DNA from: Mobula hypostoma
Lineage: Eukaryota
Direction of reading: 5' to 3'
NCBI RefSeq assembly: GCF_963921235.1
Contig: NC_086121.1
Coordinates: 17,546,001 to 17,610,000 of the forward strand
Length of the DNA stretch: 64,000 nt
The first letter of the stretch is position 1; each line of letters begins with the position of its first letter. Below, in pieces: positions 1 through 12,685 of this stretch. A model generated the notes under the pieces. That model was given only the letters and a program-made list of their open reading frames with translations. It searched no databases and was not told where the DNA came from. Made by a program: the position numbers and the translations under genes.

Positions 1-3000
1 CATCATGGCTGAATCCAATTTTCCTCTCAGCCCCAATCTCCTGCCTTCTCCCTGTATCCCTTCTTGCCCTGACCAATCAAGAATCTGTCAACCTCTGCCT
101 TAAATATACATAAAGATTTGGCCTCCACAGCAGCCAGTGGCAAAAAAGAATTTTACAGATTCACCACTCTCTGGCTAAAGAAGTTCCTCCTCATCTCCAT
201 TCTAAAAGGACCCCCCCTCTATTCTGATTCTGTGCCCTGGGGTCTTAGACTCTCTCACCATAGGAAATATCCTCTCTACTCAATCAAGCCTTCCACCAAT
301 TGATAGGTTTTAATGAGATCATCCCTCATTCTTCTGAATTCTAATGAATACAGGCCCAGAGCCATCAAATGTTCTTCATATGACACGCCGTTCAATCCTG
401 GATTAATTTTTGTGAACCTCCTTTGAACCTGCTCCAGTTTTAGCACATCCTTTCTAAGATAAGGGACCCAAAACTGCTCACAGTACTCCAAATGAGACCT
501 CACCTGTGCTTTATAAAGTTTCAACATTACATCCTTGCTTTTATCTTCCAGTCCTCTTGAAATGAATGCTAACATTGCATTTGCCTTCCTCACCACAGAC
601 TAAACTTGCAAATTAACCTTTAGGGGATCCTGCACAAGGACTCTGAGGTCCCTTTGCACCTCAGATTTTTGCACATTCTCTCCATTTAGAAAATAGTCAA
701 CCCTTTCATTTCTTCTACCAAAGTGCATGACCATACACTTCCTGACACTGTATTCCATCTGCCATTGCTTTGACCATTCTCTTAATCCAAGTTCTCCTGT
801 GGCCTCTACTTCCTCAAAATTACCTTCCCCTCCACCTATTATCTGCAAACTTTGCAGCAAAACCATCAATTCCATCATCCAAATCATTGACATATGACAT
901 AAAAAGAATTGGATCCCAAAGGATGGGAACACTGTGAGTCACTGACAACCAACCAGAAAAGGCTCTTTTTATTCCCACTCTTGCCTCCTGCCAATCAGTC
1001 TCTGCTTTATCCATGCTACAATCTTTCCTGTAATACCATGGGCTCATAGCTTGTTAAGCAGCCTCACGTGTGGTACCTTGTCAAAGGTCTTCTGAAAATC
1101 CAAGAACACAATATCAGCTGCTTTTCCTTTGAATTGACCTAATTACTTACGTCCTTCATATACATGAAGAGTAAAAATCTTTATGCTGCGTCTAAATGTG
1201 CAATGTGCAATTTATTGTAATTTATAATAAGTGGTATGTACAACAAGATAGTCAATGTAACATACAAATACAGTTGTGTCAGCATGAATTAAGCAGTCTG
1301 CGGCCTGGTGGAAGAAGCTCTCCTGGAACCTGTTGGTCCCGGCTTTTATGCTGAGTCCTGCAACTGAGGGAAGTACATTTCCCATACCAGGCAGTGATGC
1401 AGCCAGTCAGGATGCTCTCAATTGTGCCACAATAGAAAGTTCCTGCTTGTTATTTCTTCAAAGAATTCCAACAGATTTGTCAGGAAAGATTTTCTCTTGA
1501 GGAAACTACGCTGACTATGGCCTATTTTATCCTCCAAGTACCCTGAGACCTCATCCTTAATGATCGACTCTAACATCTTCCTAATCAGAGGTCAGACTAG
1601 CTGGCCTATAGTTCCCTTTCTTCTGCCTCTCTTCCTTCTTGAAGAGTGGGGTGACATTTGCAATTTTCCAGTCTTCCGGAACCATTTCAGAATCTAATGA
1701 TTCTTGGAAGATCATTACTAATATCTCTATGAGCTATTCAGCCACCTCTTTCAGAACTCTGGGGTGTACACCATCTGGTCCGGGTGATTTATCTACCTTC
1801 AGGCCTTCCAGACCTCCCAAGAACCTTCTCTCTAGTTATGGTAACTTCACATACTTCATGCCCCCAACACGTGGAACTTCCACCACACTGCTAGTGTCTT
1901 CCACAGTGAAGACTGATGCAAAATACTTATTTAGTTCATCTGCCATTTCCTTGTCCCCCATTGTTGCCTCTCCAGCATCGTTTTCCAGTGGTCTGATATC
2001 CACTCTCACCTCTCTTTTACACTTTATGTACCTGAAGAAACTTTTGGTATTCTCTTTAATATTATTGGCTAGCTTACTTTCATATTCCATCTCTATCTTC
2101 TTAATGACTTTTTTAGTTACCATCTGTTGGTTTTTAAAAGTTCCCAATCCTGTGACTTCCCACTAATTTTTGCTCTATTATATCTCCTCTCTTTGGCTTT
2201 TATGTTGGCTTTGACTTCTCTTGTTAGCCACGGTCATACCACGTTTCCTTTAGAATACTTCTTCCTCTTTGGGATGTACATATCCTGTGTCTTCCGAATT
2301 GCTTCCAGAAATTCCAGTCATTACTGCTCTGCCGTCATCCCTGCCAGTGTACTTTTCCAATCAATTCTGGCCAACACCTCTCTTATGCCTCTCTAATTCT
2401 CATTACTGCACTGTAATACTAATACATTTGACTTTAGCTTTGCCTTCTCTAATTTCAGGATGAGTTTGATCATACTATGATTACTTTCCCCGAAGAGTTC
2501 TTTTACCTTAAGCTCTCTAATCAATTCTGGTACATTGCACAACACCCAGTCCAGAATAGCTGATCCCCTCATGGGCTCAACCATAAGCTGCTCTAAAAAG
2601 CTATCTAGAGATTCCCTTTCCTGGAATCCAGCACCAACCTGATTTTCCCAGTCTATATGCATATTGAAGTCCCCCATAACCTTTGTAATATTGCTCTTTT
2701 GGCATGTATTTTCTATTTCCCATTGTAATTTGTAGGCCACATCCTTACTATTGTTTTGGGGTTTGTATACAACTCCCATCAGGGTCTTTTTACCCTTGAA
2801 GTTCCTTAGCTCTATCCACAGTGATTCAACCCCTTCTGACCCTATGTCACCTCTTTCTAATGATTTAATTTCATTTTTTGCCATCTGAGCAACACCCGTT
2901 CCCTATGCCCTTTTTGCCTATTATTTCGATACAAATGTGTATCCTTGGACATTAAGCTCCCAGCTATAATCTTCTTTCAGCCATGGCTCAGTGATGCCTA

Positions 3001-4600
3001 CAACATGATACCTGCCAATCAGCAAGTTCATCTACCTTATTCTGTATACTGCACATATTCAAGTACAACACCTTCAGTCCTGTATTCACCCATTTTGTTT
3101 TTGTTCACCTTTTATGTTGCAACTCATCCAGTTGACTGCAATTTTGCCCTATCAACAACCCCTCCTCAGTACACATTTCCTCTACTTGTTAACCAGCTAC
3201 CTCATCTTCCATATTATCCGCCTTTCTTACAATACTTCTTGCATTGAAATATATACAGCTCGGCACTAGTCAGACTGTGCTTAACCTTTTGATTAATAAC
3301 TTTGAATAAGGTCTTACCAACATCTGCCTCCACAACCTCTCCACTATCTGTTCTGGCACTCTAGTTCCCACCGTCCTGCAACTCTAGTTTAAACCCCACT
3401 GTACAGCATCAACAAACCTTCCCACTAGGATATTAGTCCCCCTCCAGTTCAGATGCAAACCATCCCTTTTGTACAGGTCCCACTTTTCCTGGAAGAGAGC
3501 CCAATGATCCAGAAATCTTATGCCCTCCCTCCTACACCAACTCCTTAGCCCTATATTGAAGTGTATAATCTTCCTAGTTCTTGCCTCAATAGCACGAGGC
3601 ATGAGTAGCAATCCTGAGATCATAACCTTAGAAGTCCTGTCCTTTAACACCTATCTCCATGAACTGCCATGTAGAACCTCATCACTCATCCCACCCATGT
3701 CATTGGTACCTACATGGACCACAACCTCCGGTTGTTCACCTTCCCACTTAAGAATACTGAGGGCTTGACTTGAGATATCCCGGACCCCAGCACCCAGGAG
3801 GCAATATACCATCCAGGAATTTTGTTCTTGCCCCCAAAACCTCCTGTCCATCTGTCCATTCCCCTAACTAACAAATCCCTATCACCACAGTGAGGCTCTT
3901 CTCCCCCATTCCATTCTGAGTCACAGGAGCGGCTGTGACTTCTCTCCGTTAGGTCATTTCACCCCCCCCCCCCCCGCCCCACTGACAGTATCCAAAGTGT
4001 TGTTGAAGGGGATGGCCACAGGGGTACTCTGCACTGGCTCCTTAACCCTCTCCCCTTCCTGACTGTCACTCAACTTCCTGTGCCCTGCATCTTGGGTGTA
4101 ACTACCTCTCTATATGTCTCATCTATCGCCCCCTCAGCCTCCTGAATGATCTGGAGTTCATCCAGTTCCAGCTTCAGCTCCTTGGCACAGATTGTGAGAA
4201 GCTGCAGCTGGATGCACTTCTCACAGTTGTAGTTGTCAGGGACATTGGAGGTCTCCCTGCCTTCCACATCCCACAAGAGGAGCATTCAACTATCCTGCCT
4301 GGCGTATCAACTGTCCTAGCTGAGCAGACAGAAAGAAGGATAGGGGAAAAAAAAATCATCCTAGAGCTTTTCTTTCCTTTGCGTTCTCTGACTGAAGCCT
4401 CGAAGAGCTGTAGCCTCACCACTCTGACTGTGCACTCAGACGACAGCCGCTGTGCTTACCACTGCCTTCCTTTAACTTGCTTTTGCTAATCAATCTCAAA
4501 CGCCGATTGGCTACTGGTCAGAGCTCTTTTTCACTGTAGTGAACCTCTGCTGCCTTTTGTACTTGGGCCCAGTTGAAGCCCCTTCTCTCAAAACTTACAA
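1..4600 (-). mobile_element. Near full-length decayed CR1-type LINE (ORF1 zinc finger/leucine zipper plus SGNH esterase; ORF2 APE-RT) in a DNAJC11 intron
   Basis: Fragments: VECSSCGMW/CEKCIQLQLL (ORF1 N-terminus), VVVHVGTNDM (esterase), VESLWIELRN/VMGDFN (endonuclease), KFADN/SHLEYCEQFW (RT and C-terminus); many stops and frameshifts; 3' end runs off the window. Confidence 0.9.
1131..1441 (-). mobile_element. Short non-LTR retroelement 3' fragment (Rex1/Babar-like) inserted in the CR1 RT region
   Basis: CR1 sequence breaks at ...ttttccttt| and resumes at |tcctgcttgttatttc; the insert resembles 53300-53600 (gaagaagct, cccataccag-cagtgatgc). Confidence 0.65.
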
Positions 4601-6294
4601 TATCCAGATTGGGTTCTGGTCAAAGTTCTTTTTTTATATATATAGGTAGCATAATTTCTCTCCTGAAAAACAGTTACCACAACTTGGTAGCTTCACAGTT
4701 GCTGCTACTGAGATGATTTTTAATTGCAGATTTAAATACAAATATACAAATACAAATTTTTCTGCCATTTTGTGATACAAAGTTGTGTGTTTTTGGCCCA
4801 ATAAATTAGTTATTGTGTTCTGATACCCCACTAAAAGCAGCACTAGTATCGTGGAAGCTAGGAACAGAAGAAAGCCATTTAAGCTTAGTTATGTTCCACT
4901 ATTCATTGACATGTGTCAGCCACAGTATAACAGTTTCATCCACCTGTGCCTCCATCCCCTTTGAAATTCTTAACTAAAGAAAAAAGAATAGCAATCTTAA
5001 TGTGCTGTACTTGTTGATCAACAGAAAGTATTGATCAATTCCTTAAAAGACTCTTACAAGCACAACCAAATCACCCTTAACCTTCTGTATTCCAAAAATG
5101 TAGCTTGGTTTGTTACCTAACCCCTGAAACTCTGGATACATACTGACATATCTGAGAATATTCCCTCCAAAGCCAATGTAAACTTTCTAAATAATGAACT
5201 GCACAGATGTAAATGGACCAGACTTGCTTTGCCTCAGTTAAACTAAGCTTAGCTGTGGCCAGGGATCCGACTGTGACTCGCTAACCCTTTACATTTGGAA
5301 TGACTGTTTAAACAAAGAAAGAAACTGTGAAGAGCAACTGTGGTACAGTACTTTCACAAGGATTGAGCACCTTTTAAGGAGATTTGTAATTCCAGTGAGA
5401 AATCTGTTATTTTAAGTCCCTATGCAGTAGCTTAGCTGGGTATGGCTTGATGCATTAGAAAGCTATGCAGTTGTGGAGTCATTCTTGAATAAAATAGAAT
5501 TTTTAATTCTGTTAACATGAAGCTGCTGAAATGTTTAGTTGTCTTTCAAGGAAGAAATTCTGCCCTCCTTGTCCATTTTGGCTTGTATAAGGCTTGTGTC
5601 TTGTCAATGTGGTTGATTTCCAGCTGCCTCCTTAGTTTTCAGGCAAATAAGGATACCAGTAAGTGCTGGCATTGTGATCAACATCCATGTTCTGTGAACA
5701 ACTAAATTTTAAAACAAAATCGAACAACACAGGAAGGTGTCCTTTTCTAGTCTTGCATTGTAGTACAAGATTTCTTCCATTGTGTGGCACCAGAGAGCTT
5801 TGTTCCAGCACTGACCAGTTTCTGTTTCGGAGGCTGATCATCAGGATATTTTTGAAAAGTAAGGTATTGTTGAACCAGAAAAAGTTGTTACTGGGTGAAT
5901 GGAACTTCATGTTAGCTAGATATTGGATGAGCTCCAGTGTAAAGGTTTAGAATGGAGAGGCTGGATGGAGACTGGTGGCCTTAATGAAGTCTGAAGACAA
6001 CCAAAATACCCTGCCTTTTAGTTTTTCCACAATCCTGCCAAGTGTTTAGATTTTAACTTGGGGTGCATACCATTCCAATTTCTATTGAAGAGAATGCTTA
6101 GAACAAAACAGTTTTAACATTTATATCAGTTTATTATTTTTCTCTGGCTACATATAATTCAAGAAATTCCTTGCTAATCACAAATTTATCCTGAACTTCC
6201 TATTGAGCTGATAGTCAACAATTCCAGCATTTTGATATAATCTGCTCCTTGTAGTTTGAGTGGACTGATAATCTTTTAACAACTCTTGTTTTAG

Positions 6295-6352
6295 GTTCGG
6301 TTGATGCAAGAGTCTGTGAAGAGAATAATAGAAACAGAAGAATCTAAAATGG
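6295..6352 (+). CDS. DNAJC11: DNAJC11 internal coding exon (4th from last); upstream exons apparently outside the window
   Basis: ttttag|GTTCGG...ATGG|gtaag; translates VRLMQESVKRIIETEESKM(G), matching the vertebrate DNAJC11 C-terminal region; 58 nt, phase 0 to 1. Confidence 0.93.
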
Positions 6353-6749
6353 GTAAGAGTGTTGTTGCTGATTGTGTGGTGTTTGTCACTCATTTTATTT
6401 CTGTCCCATCAGCTCAGACACAATTTGTGAATTGCTTTTGACCTGAACAATCTAAGCGCAGTGACTGATGTTGGAAAGTATTTTTTTTTAATGAACTTCA
6501 GTGCATGGAAAAATTGATTACTTAATTTTTTTTTTAAGTCCGTAAAAGGAGAGTGCTTTGTAGTAGAGGGAATAAATTATACACTAGTGATTGAACTTTT
6601 GTGCTGAGTGACTATCTTTAGTCCAAAGTGGAGGGCTGCAGGTCGTAATTGTCCCCAGCATCTATTTTGCATGGCACAGAAATAAATTTGTTCTGCACTC
6701 TCTCATGCTTCTATATTCTATTTGTAATTACTTTATACATCTATTTTTT

Positions 6750-7560
6750 GAGATCTTGCCATTGCTACAAGGTCATCGTTAATTGGCCATCCCTAAATGT
6801 CCTTGAGAAGATGGTGGTTTGTTGACGTTATTAGTCACTCTGTTAAAAGTGCTCCTACAGTGGTGATAGGCAGTAAATTCCAGGAGTTAGACCTAGCAGT
6901 GATGTTTCCAAGTCAGAATGATGTGAACTTGGAGGGGAATCCTACAGGTAGTCATATTCCTATATGCTTGCTTCCTTTGTCCTTTTTGACGATAGAGGTC
7001 ACATCTTTAGGAAATGTTCTTGAAGTTGTCTGGGTGTTTCTGGAAAATACACACTGAAGCCACTGTGTGCTGATGTTGGAGAGAATGAACACACATGGTA
7101 ATTGATTGGGTGGCATCAAGTATTGAGATTGTTGAGATATATTGGCATTGCACTTACCCAGGCAATTTGAAAGTACTCCAACATGCTCCTGATTTATGTC
7201 TTCTGCATTGTGAAAAGAGCTTGGGGTTGTCAGGAGGATTCCCAGCCTTTGAATTTCTCTTCTCGCCACGGTATTTATGCAGTTCATCCCGTTGGGTTAC
7301 TGATTCATCTTGACCCTAAAGTTATTGATAGTGAGGCACTCTGCAATGCTAAGGGAATTGACTGGCAAGTGTCAGTGGTTAGATTCTATTTGAAGGTAAT
7401 CATTTGTAGTGCGGATATTATTTGCTACCTATCAGCCCATGCGTAAATGTTTCTTGGTCATACTACTGACAGGAATAGCCTTATTCATTTGTAGAGAAGT
7501 TGCGATTGAAATTGAGTACATATTGTGCTATTCACGGCGAATATCCTCACACTTAACCTT
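6750..7560 (-). mobile_element. Old LINE 3' fragment
   Basis: Degenerate terminus ccatccctaaatgtccttgagaagatggtggt, related to 13195-13250 and 25330-25640; broken ORF on the minus strand. Confidence 0.45.
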
Positions 7561-7885
7561 ATGATGAAAGGAAGGCCATTGAAGGAGCTAATATTGGCTT
7601 CTCGATCTATCTGTGATGCTTTTAATGGTCTGACCAGCACTCAATACCTAACTTTCCATGAGTTCAATTTCCTCCCTAGAAACATAAACCTGATTTATTT
7701 TTTGTATGGCCTGTGACCATAAGCTTTAATTTCCAAACAATAAATTACCTCTCTAGTCTTCCTCTCAAAATAACCTCCTTTTATCTGTAAACAACAGGAA
7801 TTCTGCAGATGCTGGAAATTCAAGCAACACACATCAAGGTTGCTGGTGAACGCAGCAGGCCAGGCAGCATCTCTAGGAAGAGGTA

Positions 7886-7925
7886 CAGTCAACGTTTCAG
7901 GCCCAGACCCTTCGTCAGGACGAAC
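7886..7925 (-). ncRNA. Minimal hammerhead ribozyme motif (left arm of the inverted PLE)
   Basis: minus strand: cgtc CTGACGA AGG-gtctggg-CCT GAAA CGTT gactg; stem I shortened to 3 bp, GUU triplet. Confidence 0.6.
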
Positions 7926-9464
7926 TGAAGGAAGAGTTAATAAGAGATTTGAAAGTGGAAGGGGGAGGGGGAGATCCAAAATGATAGGAGAAGACAGGAT
8001 GGGGAGGGATGGAGCCAAGAGCTGGATAGGTGATTGGCAAAAGGGATATGAGAGGATCATGGGACAGGAGGCCCAGGAGGAAAGATAAGGGGGGGGGGAA
8101 CCCAGAGGATGGGCAAGGGGTATAGTCAGAGGGACAGAGGGAGAAAAGGGAGAGTGAGAGAAAGAATGTGTGTATAAAAATAAATAACGGACGGGGTATG
8201 AGGGGGAGGTGGGGCATTAGCAGAAGTTTGAGAAGTCAATGTTCATGCCATCAGGTTGGAGGCTACCCAGACGGAATATAAGGTGTTGTTCTTCCAACCT
8301 GAGTGTGCCTTCATCTTTACAGTAGAGGAGGCCGTGGATAGACATGTCAGAATGGGAATGGGATGTGGAATTAAAATGTGTGGCCACTGGGTGATCCTGC
8401 TTTCTCTGGCGGACAGACCATAGGTATTCAGCAAAGCGGTCTCCCAGCCTGCATCAGGTCTTGCTCCCGATGTGGCCTTCTATATACTGGCAAAATTTCA
8501 CGCACATCTGCTCTCACTCCATCCTCCCGCCACCCCACTAGGAATAGGGTTCCTCTGGTCCTCACCTACCACCCCACCAGCCTCCGGGTCCAACATATTA
8601 TTCTCTGTAACTTCCGCCACCTCCAACGGGATCCCACCACTAAGCACATCTTTCCCTCCCCCCCTCTCTGTGCTGTCCGCAGGAATCGCTCCCTACGCGA
8701 CTCCCTTGTCCATTTGTTTCCCCCCCACCCCCTTCCCTCCCCTCTGATCTCCCTCCTGGCACTTATCCTTGTAAGCGGAACAAGTGCTACACATGCCCTT
8801 ACACTTCCTCCCTCACCACCATTCAAGGCCCCAGACAGTCCTTCCAGGTGAGGCGACACTTCACCTGTGAGTCGGCTCGGGTGATATACTGTGTCCGGTG
8901 CTCCCGATGTGGCCTTCTATATATTGGTGAGACCCGACGCAGACTGGGAGATCATTTCGCTGAAAACCTATGCTCTGTCTGCCAGAGAAAGCAGGATCTC
9001 CCAGTGGCCACACATTTTAATTCCATATCCCATTCCCATTCTGACATGTCTATCCACGGCCTCCCCTACTGTAAAGATGAAGCCACACTCAGGTTGGAGG
9101 AACAACACCTTATATTCCGTCTGGGTAGCCTCCAACCTGATGGCATGAACATTGACTTCTCTAACTTCCGCTAATGCCCCACCTCCTCCTCATACCCCAT
9201 CCGTTATTTATTTTTATACACACATTCTTTCTCCCACTTTCCTTTTTCTCCCTCTGTCCCTCTGACTATACCCCTTGCCCATCCTCTGGGCTTCCCCCCC
9301 CCCTTTTCCTTCTCCCTGGACCTCCTGTCCCATGATCCTCTCATATCCCTTTTGCCAATCACCTGTCCAGCTCTTGGCTCCATCCCTCCCCCTCTTGTCT
9401 TCTCCTATCATTTTGGATCTCCCCCCCCCCCACTTTCAAATCTCTGACCCACTCTTCCTTCAGT

Positions 9465-9502
9465 TAGTCCTGACGAAGGGTCTCGGCCTGAAATGTCGAC
9501 TG
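9465..9502 (+). ncRNA. Minimal type-I hammerhead ribozyme motif in the Penelope terminal repeat
   Basis: tagtc CTGACGA AGG-gtctcgg-CCT GAAA TGTC gactg: core boxes, stem II, stem I tagtc/gactg, GUC cleavage triplet. Confidence 0.72.
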
Positions 9503-10401
9503 TACCTCTTCCTAGAGATGCTGCCTGGCCTGCTGCGTTCACCAGCAACCTTGATGTGTGTTCCTTTTATCTGTGTTGAACTTTGTCAATTATTGCCACC
9601 CATTCTACACGTATATTAACAACATAATTTATTGCTGCTCTCCTCAGAAGTGAATCTTGCCCATTGCATCAGCATATTTGGAAGTTGTGTTTTTGATTCC
9701 AAAGTCTAGATCAGATGTGCAAAGCAATGGTCCCTCCATTAATCTTTGTGAAACGGCCTTCTACTGCAAATGGCTACCTTTTACTCCCAGTCTCTGCTTT
9801 CTATCCTGAACCCAGTTAGCAATCCTCTCTGCAATATATCATCCTGCAGAGGGCATGTTTGATCCTTTGCTAATTTTAATCTTGTTCCATTGGATTTTGT
9901 TTTTCTTTTAGATGTGTGTTATTTTATTCCTTTTGTGATTTTTGTTAACAATAAAAAATATTCTACTACTTTTTATCACTCTTTCCTTAATAAATATCAT
10001 ACTTTTAAATCCCATTTGATCTTTTTTCTTTATTGAAGTCATTTTCCTTTCAACCCTACAATGTCTTCTTTCCAAAACCTGATTGTTTCCAGTTGCCATT
10101 TTATTATAGGTATTGTGTATTGCTGTCTTGACAGCTTAACTTGTAAGATGGTTAGCTGCCTAAACATCTGTTCTAAAAGTCCTTTGACCACCCTAATTTA
10201 TTCTTTCCTATGCCTCTATGTTTTTATATTTGATCTATTTGCAGTTATTGTAGATCCTTCCTGTTTCTACCTCTGCTCCTTTCCTTCACCCCTAGTATCT
10301 TGTTTTCAGATTCTCCGTTCTGTGTTCTCATTAGCTTGTGCAATTTATTGGGAATGTAAGCAGTGTTGCAGAAAGGCACATATCTACCTGTCTTCTCCCA
10401 G

Positions 10402-10544
10402 GTTTAATCATCACCAATGCCTGGTATGGGAAGTTTGTGACTGACAGCAGTGGTAAGAATGAGAAGGCAAAGGTTATTGATGTGACTATTCCTCTTCAAT
10501 GTCTGGTGAAAGAGTCAAAACTCATCCTTACTGAAGCATGCAAG
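10402..10544 (+). CDS. DNAJC11: DNAJC11 coding exon (3rd from last)
   Basis: cccag|GTTTA...AAG|gtaagg; (G)[47 protein letters not shown]; 143 nt, phase 1 to 0. Confidence 0.96.
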
Positions 10545-10728
10545 GTAAGGTTAATTTTTATATCTACAATGTTGACTTTCCCAACTTGCCTTTAGGCAGT
10601 CCATGAGCAACTTACTCCCAGTGCAGAACTTGGGATATTTTGCCTATTTTTTTGCCTTCACATCTACAGCTATGTTTAAACTTCGGGTTGTTTGCTATTC
10701 ACTGATGACATCATTGACACTGGCATTG

Positions 10729-11685
10729 TAAGACCATAAGATATAGGAGCAGAATTAGGCCATTTGGCCCATCTAGTCTACTCCATCATTTCATCATGGC
10801 TGATCCATTTCCCCTCTCCGCCTCAATCTCCTGCCTTCTCCCCAGATCCCTTCATGCCCTAACCAATCAAGGGTCTATCAACCTCTCCCTTGGCCGCCAC
10901 ATCCACCTGTGGCAAAGATCACCACTCTCTGGCTGAAGAAACTCCTCTTCATCTCAGTTCTAAAAGGATGCCCCTCTATTTGGGGGCTGTGTCCTCTAGT
11001 CTTCGACTCCTTTACCATAGGGAACATCCTTTCCACATTCACTCTATCGAGGCCTTTCAACATTTAGTAGGTTTTATTGAGATTACCCCTCATTATGATG
11101 TGGGTGATTTGATCTTTCAGGTGATACAAGAGACTAGAATGCAATACACAACTTTTAAAACCTGCATATAAGACCGGAAGACATAGGAGCAGAATTAAGC
11201 CATTCAGCCTGTCGAGTCTACTCTTCCATTCTATCATGGCTGATTTATTATCTCTCTCAACCCCATTATCCTGCCTTTACCTTGCAACCTCTGATACCCT
11301 GTCTAATCAAGAACCTATCAACCTCTACTTTAAATATACCCAATGATTCGGACTCCACAGCTGTCTGTGGCATATTGGTTAGCACAGTGCTTTACAGTAC
11401 CAGTGACCTGGGTTATCTGTTATCTGCTCCTGGCTTATCTGTAAGAATTTGTACGTCCCTGAGACCACGTGGGTTTATCTCCAGGTGTTCCAGTTTCCTC
11501 CCACAATTCAAAGATGTGCTGGTTGGTGGGTTAATTGATCATTGTAAATTATCCCGTGATTAGGTTGGGGTTAAATCGGGGGTTCTGAGTAGTGAGGCTG
11601 GAAGGCCCTATTCCATGCTGTGTCTCAATAAATAAACAAATATAAATAATTCACTCTCTGGCTAAAGGAAGTCCTCATCATCATA
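10729..11685 (-). mobile_element. Two CR1 3'-end fragments (10729-11090, 11169-11685), the second interrupted by a V-SINE
   Basis: Repeated tail taagacc-aagaYataggagcagaatt; ORF MLKGLDRVNVERMFPMVKESKTRGHS is the CR1 ORF2 C-terminus. Confidence 0.8.
11370..11650 (+). mobile_element. tRNA-derived V-SINE
   Basis: A-box-like tggttagcac; V-domain cgtgggtttatctccaggtgttccagtttcctcccacaattcaaaga; A-rich tail. Confidence 0.75.
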
Positions 11686-12555
11686 TGATGTACTGCAAGC
11701 TTCATCATTGCTTCTGGCTTAGGATCCCATTGTATAATTTTGTTAGTTTTACTGCTAAAATGATGTACAGTGTGCTGTCATTATAAAAGAAAGACCTTGC
11801 AAATATACAGTGCCTTTCACGACTGCAGGATGTTCTGGAACATTTCACAGCCAAAGTACAATTGTTAGACAGGGAAACAAAAGCTCAGTTAATCTGATTT
11901 GATGGGTTTCGTCGTGACTCTCGTTTTGAGGTAATTTCCCACCTTGTAACTGGAGCTTTAATTCACCACTTGAACCCACCATCAGCAATATCATGTCTAC
12001 AGTAAGTGCTCATATACTGTTGTGGAGGACTCAAACTTGTGATTTATGTCAGGGAACAGAGTGCTATCAACTAAGCCAAATAGCTAGAGAGCAAGAGTCA
12101 TGTTCTAGCAACATTTTTGTAACTAAAATGATTTGTTCTCTAAACTTTGTTAATATCTTCCTAACATGATCTTCGATAGATCCCACTTTCTGTAATTGTG
12201 AATTAAAGTAGGATTATTGCTGTGATATTGGACCACGAAAAGCATAACAGCTAAGCATATTTTTTTTAAATTGCATCAATAAGTGTGTGTTCATCATCTG
12301 CCATGATCAAAAGTAAAACTTGGGAAGATTTATCTTCATTCCCCTTTCCACCCAAGCTTGTCACCAAAGCAGCTTCTCAATTGCTGCTGAAAAGTGAATA
12401 AAGCTGAGGATGTTCTAATCTGCGTGACCTGTTGCTACCCCAACTCCTTCTTCGTTGTAACATATGGGGCCATGGGGACCCCACTCTGTACTTGCCAAGT
12501 TTCTTCCTGCTCGCAATCCATTTGCATTGTTTTGCATATCTGACATCTTTTACAG

Positions 12556-12685
12556 GTTGGCGTGCCAGGATTCTATGACCCATGTGTCGGGGAGGAAAAG
12601 AGCCTAAAAGTGATTTACCTGTTCCGGGGAGTTCTGCATCAGGTCATGGCAGCGGACAACGAATCTCTCAGGATACCAAAGCAAT
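12556..12685 (+). CDS. DNAJC11: DNAJC11 penultimate coding exon
   Basis: ttacag|GTTGGC...CAAT|gtatg; [43 protein letters not shown]; 130 nt, phase 0 to 1. Confidence 0.96.

Larger units (their letters stand above)
7789..9561. mobile_element. Penelope-like element (GIY-YIG endonuclease), head-to-head inverted insertion with 13-bp TSD
   Basis: ORF 8848-9174 FTCESARVIYCVRCSRCGLLYIGETRRRLGDHF...LEEQHLIFRLGSLQPDGMN; 7789-8460 is the reverse complement of 8931-9561 plus a tail; TSD TCCTTTTATCTGT at 7776-7788 and 9562-9574. Confidence 0.92.

Noticed and set aside
1639-2166. 175-aa + strand ORF
   Set aside because: Antisense shadow of CR1 ORF2, which is encoded on the minus strand
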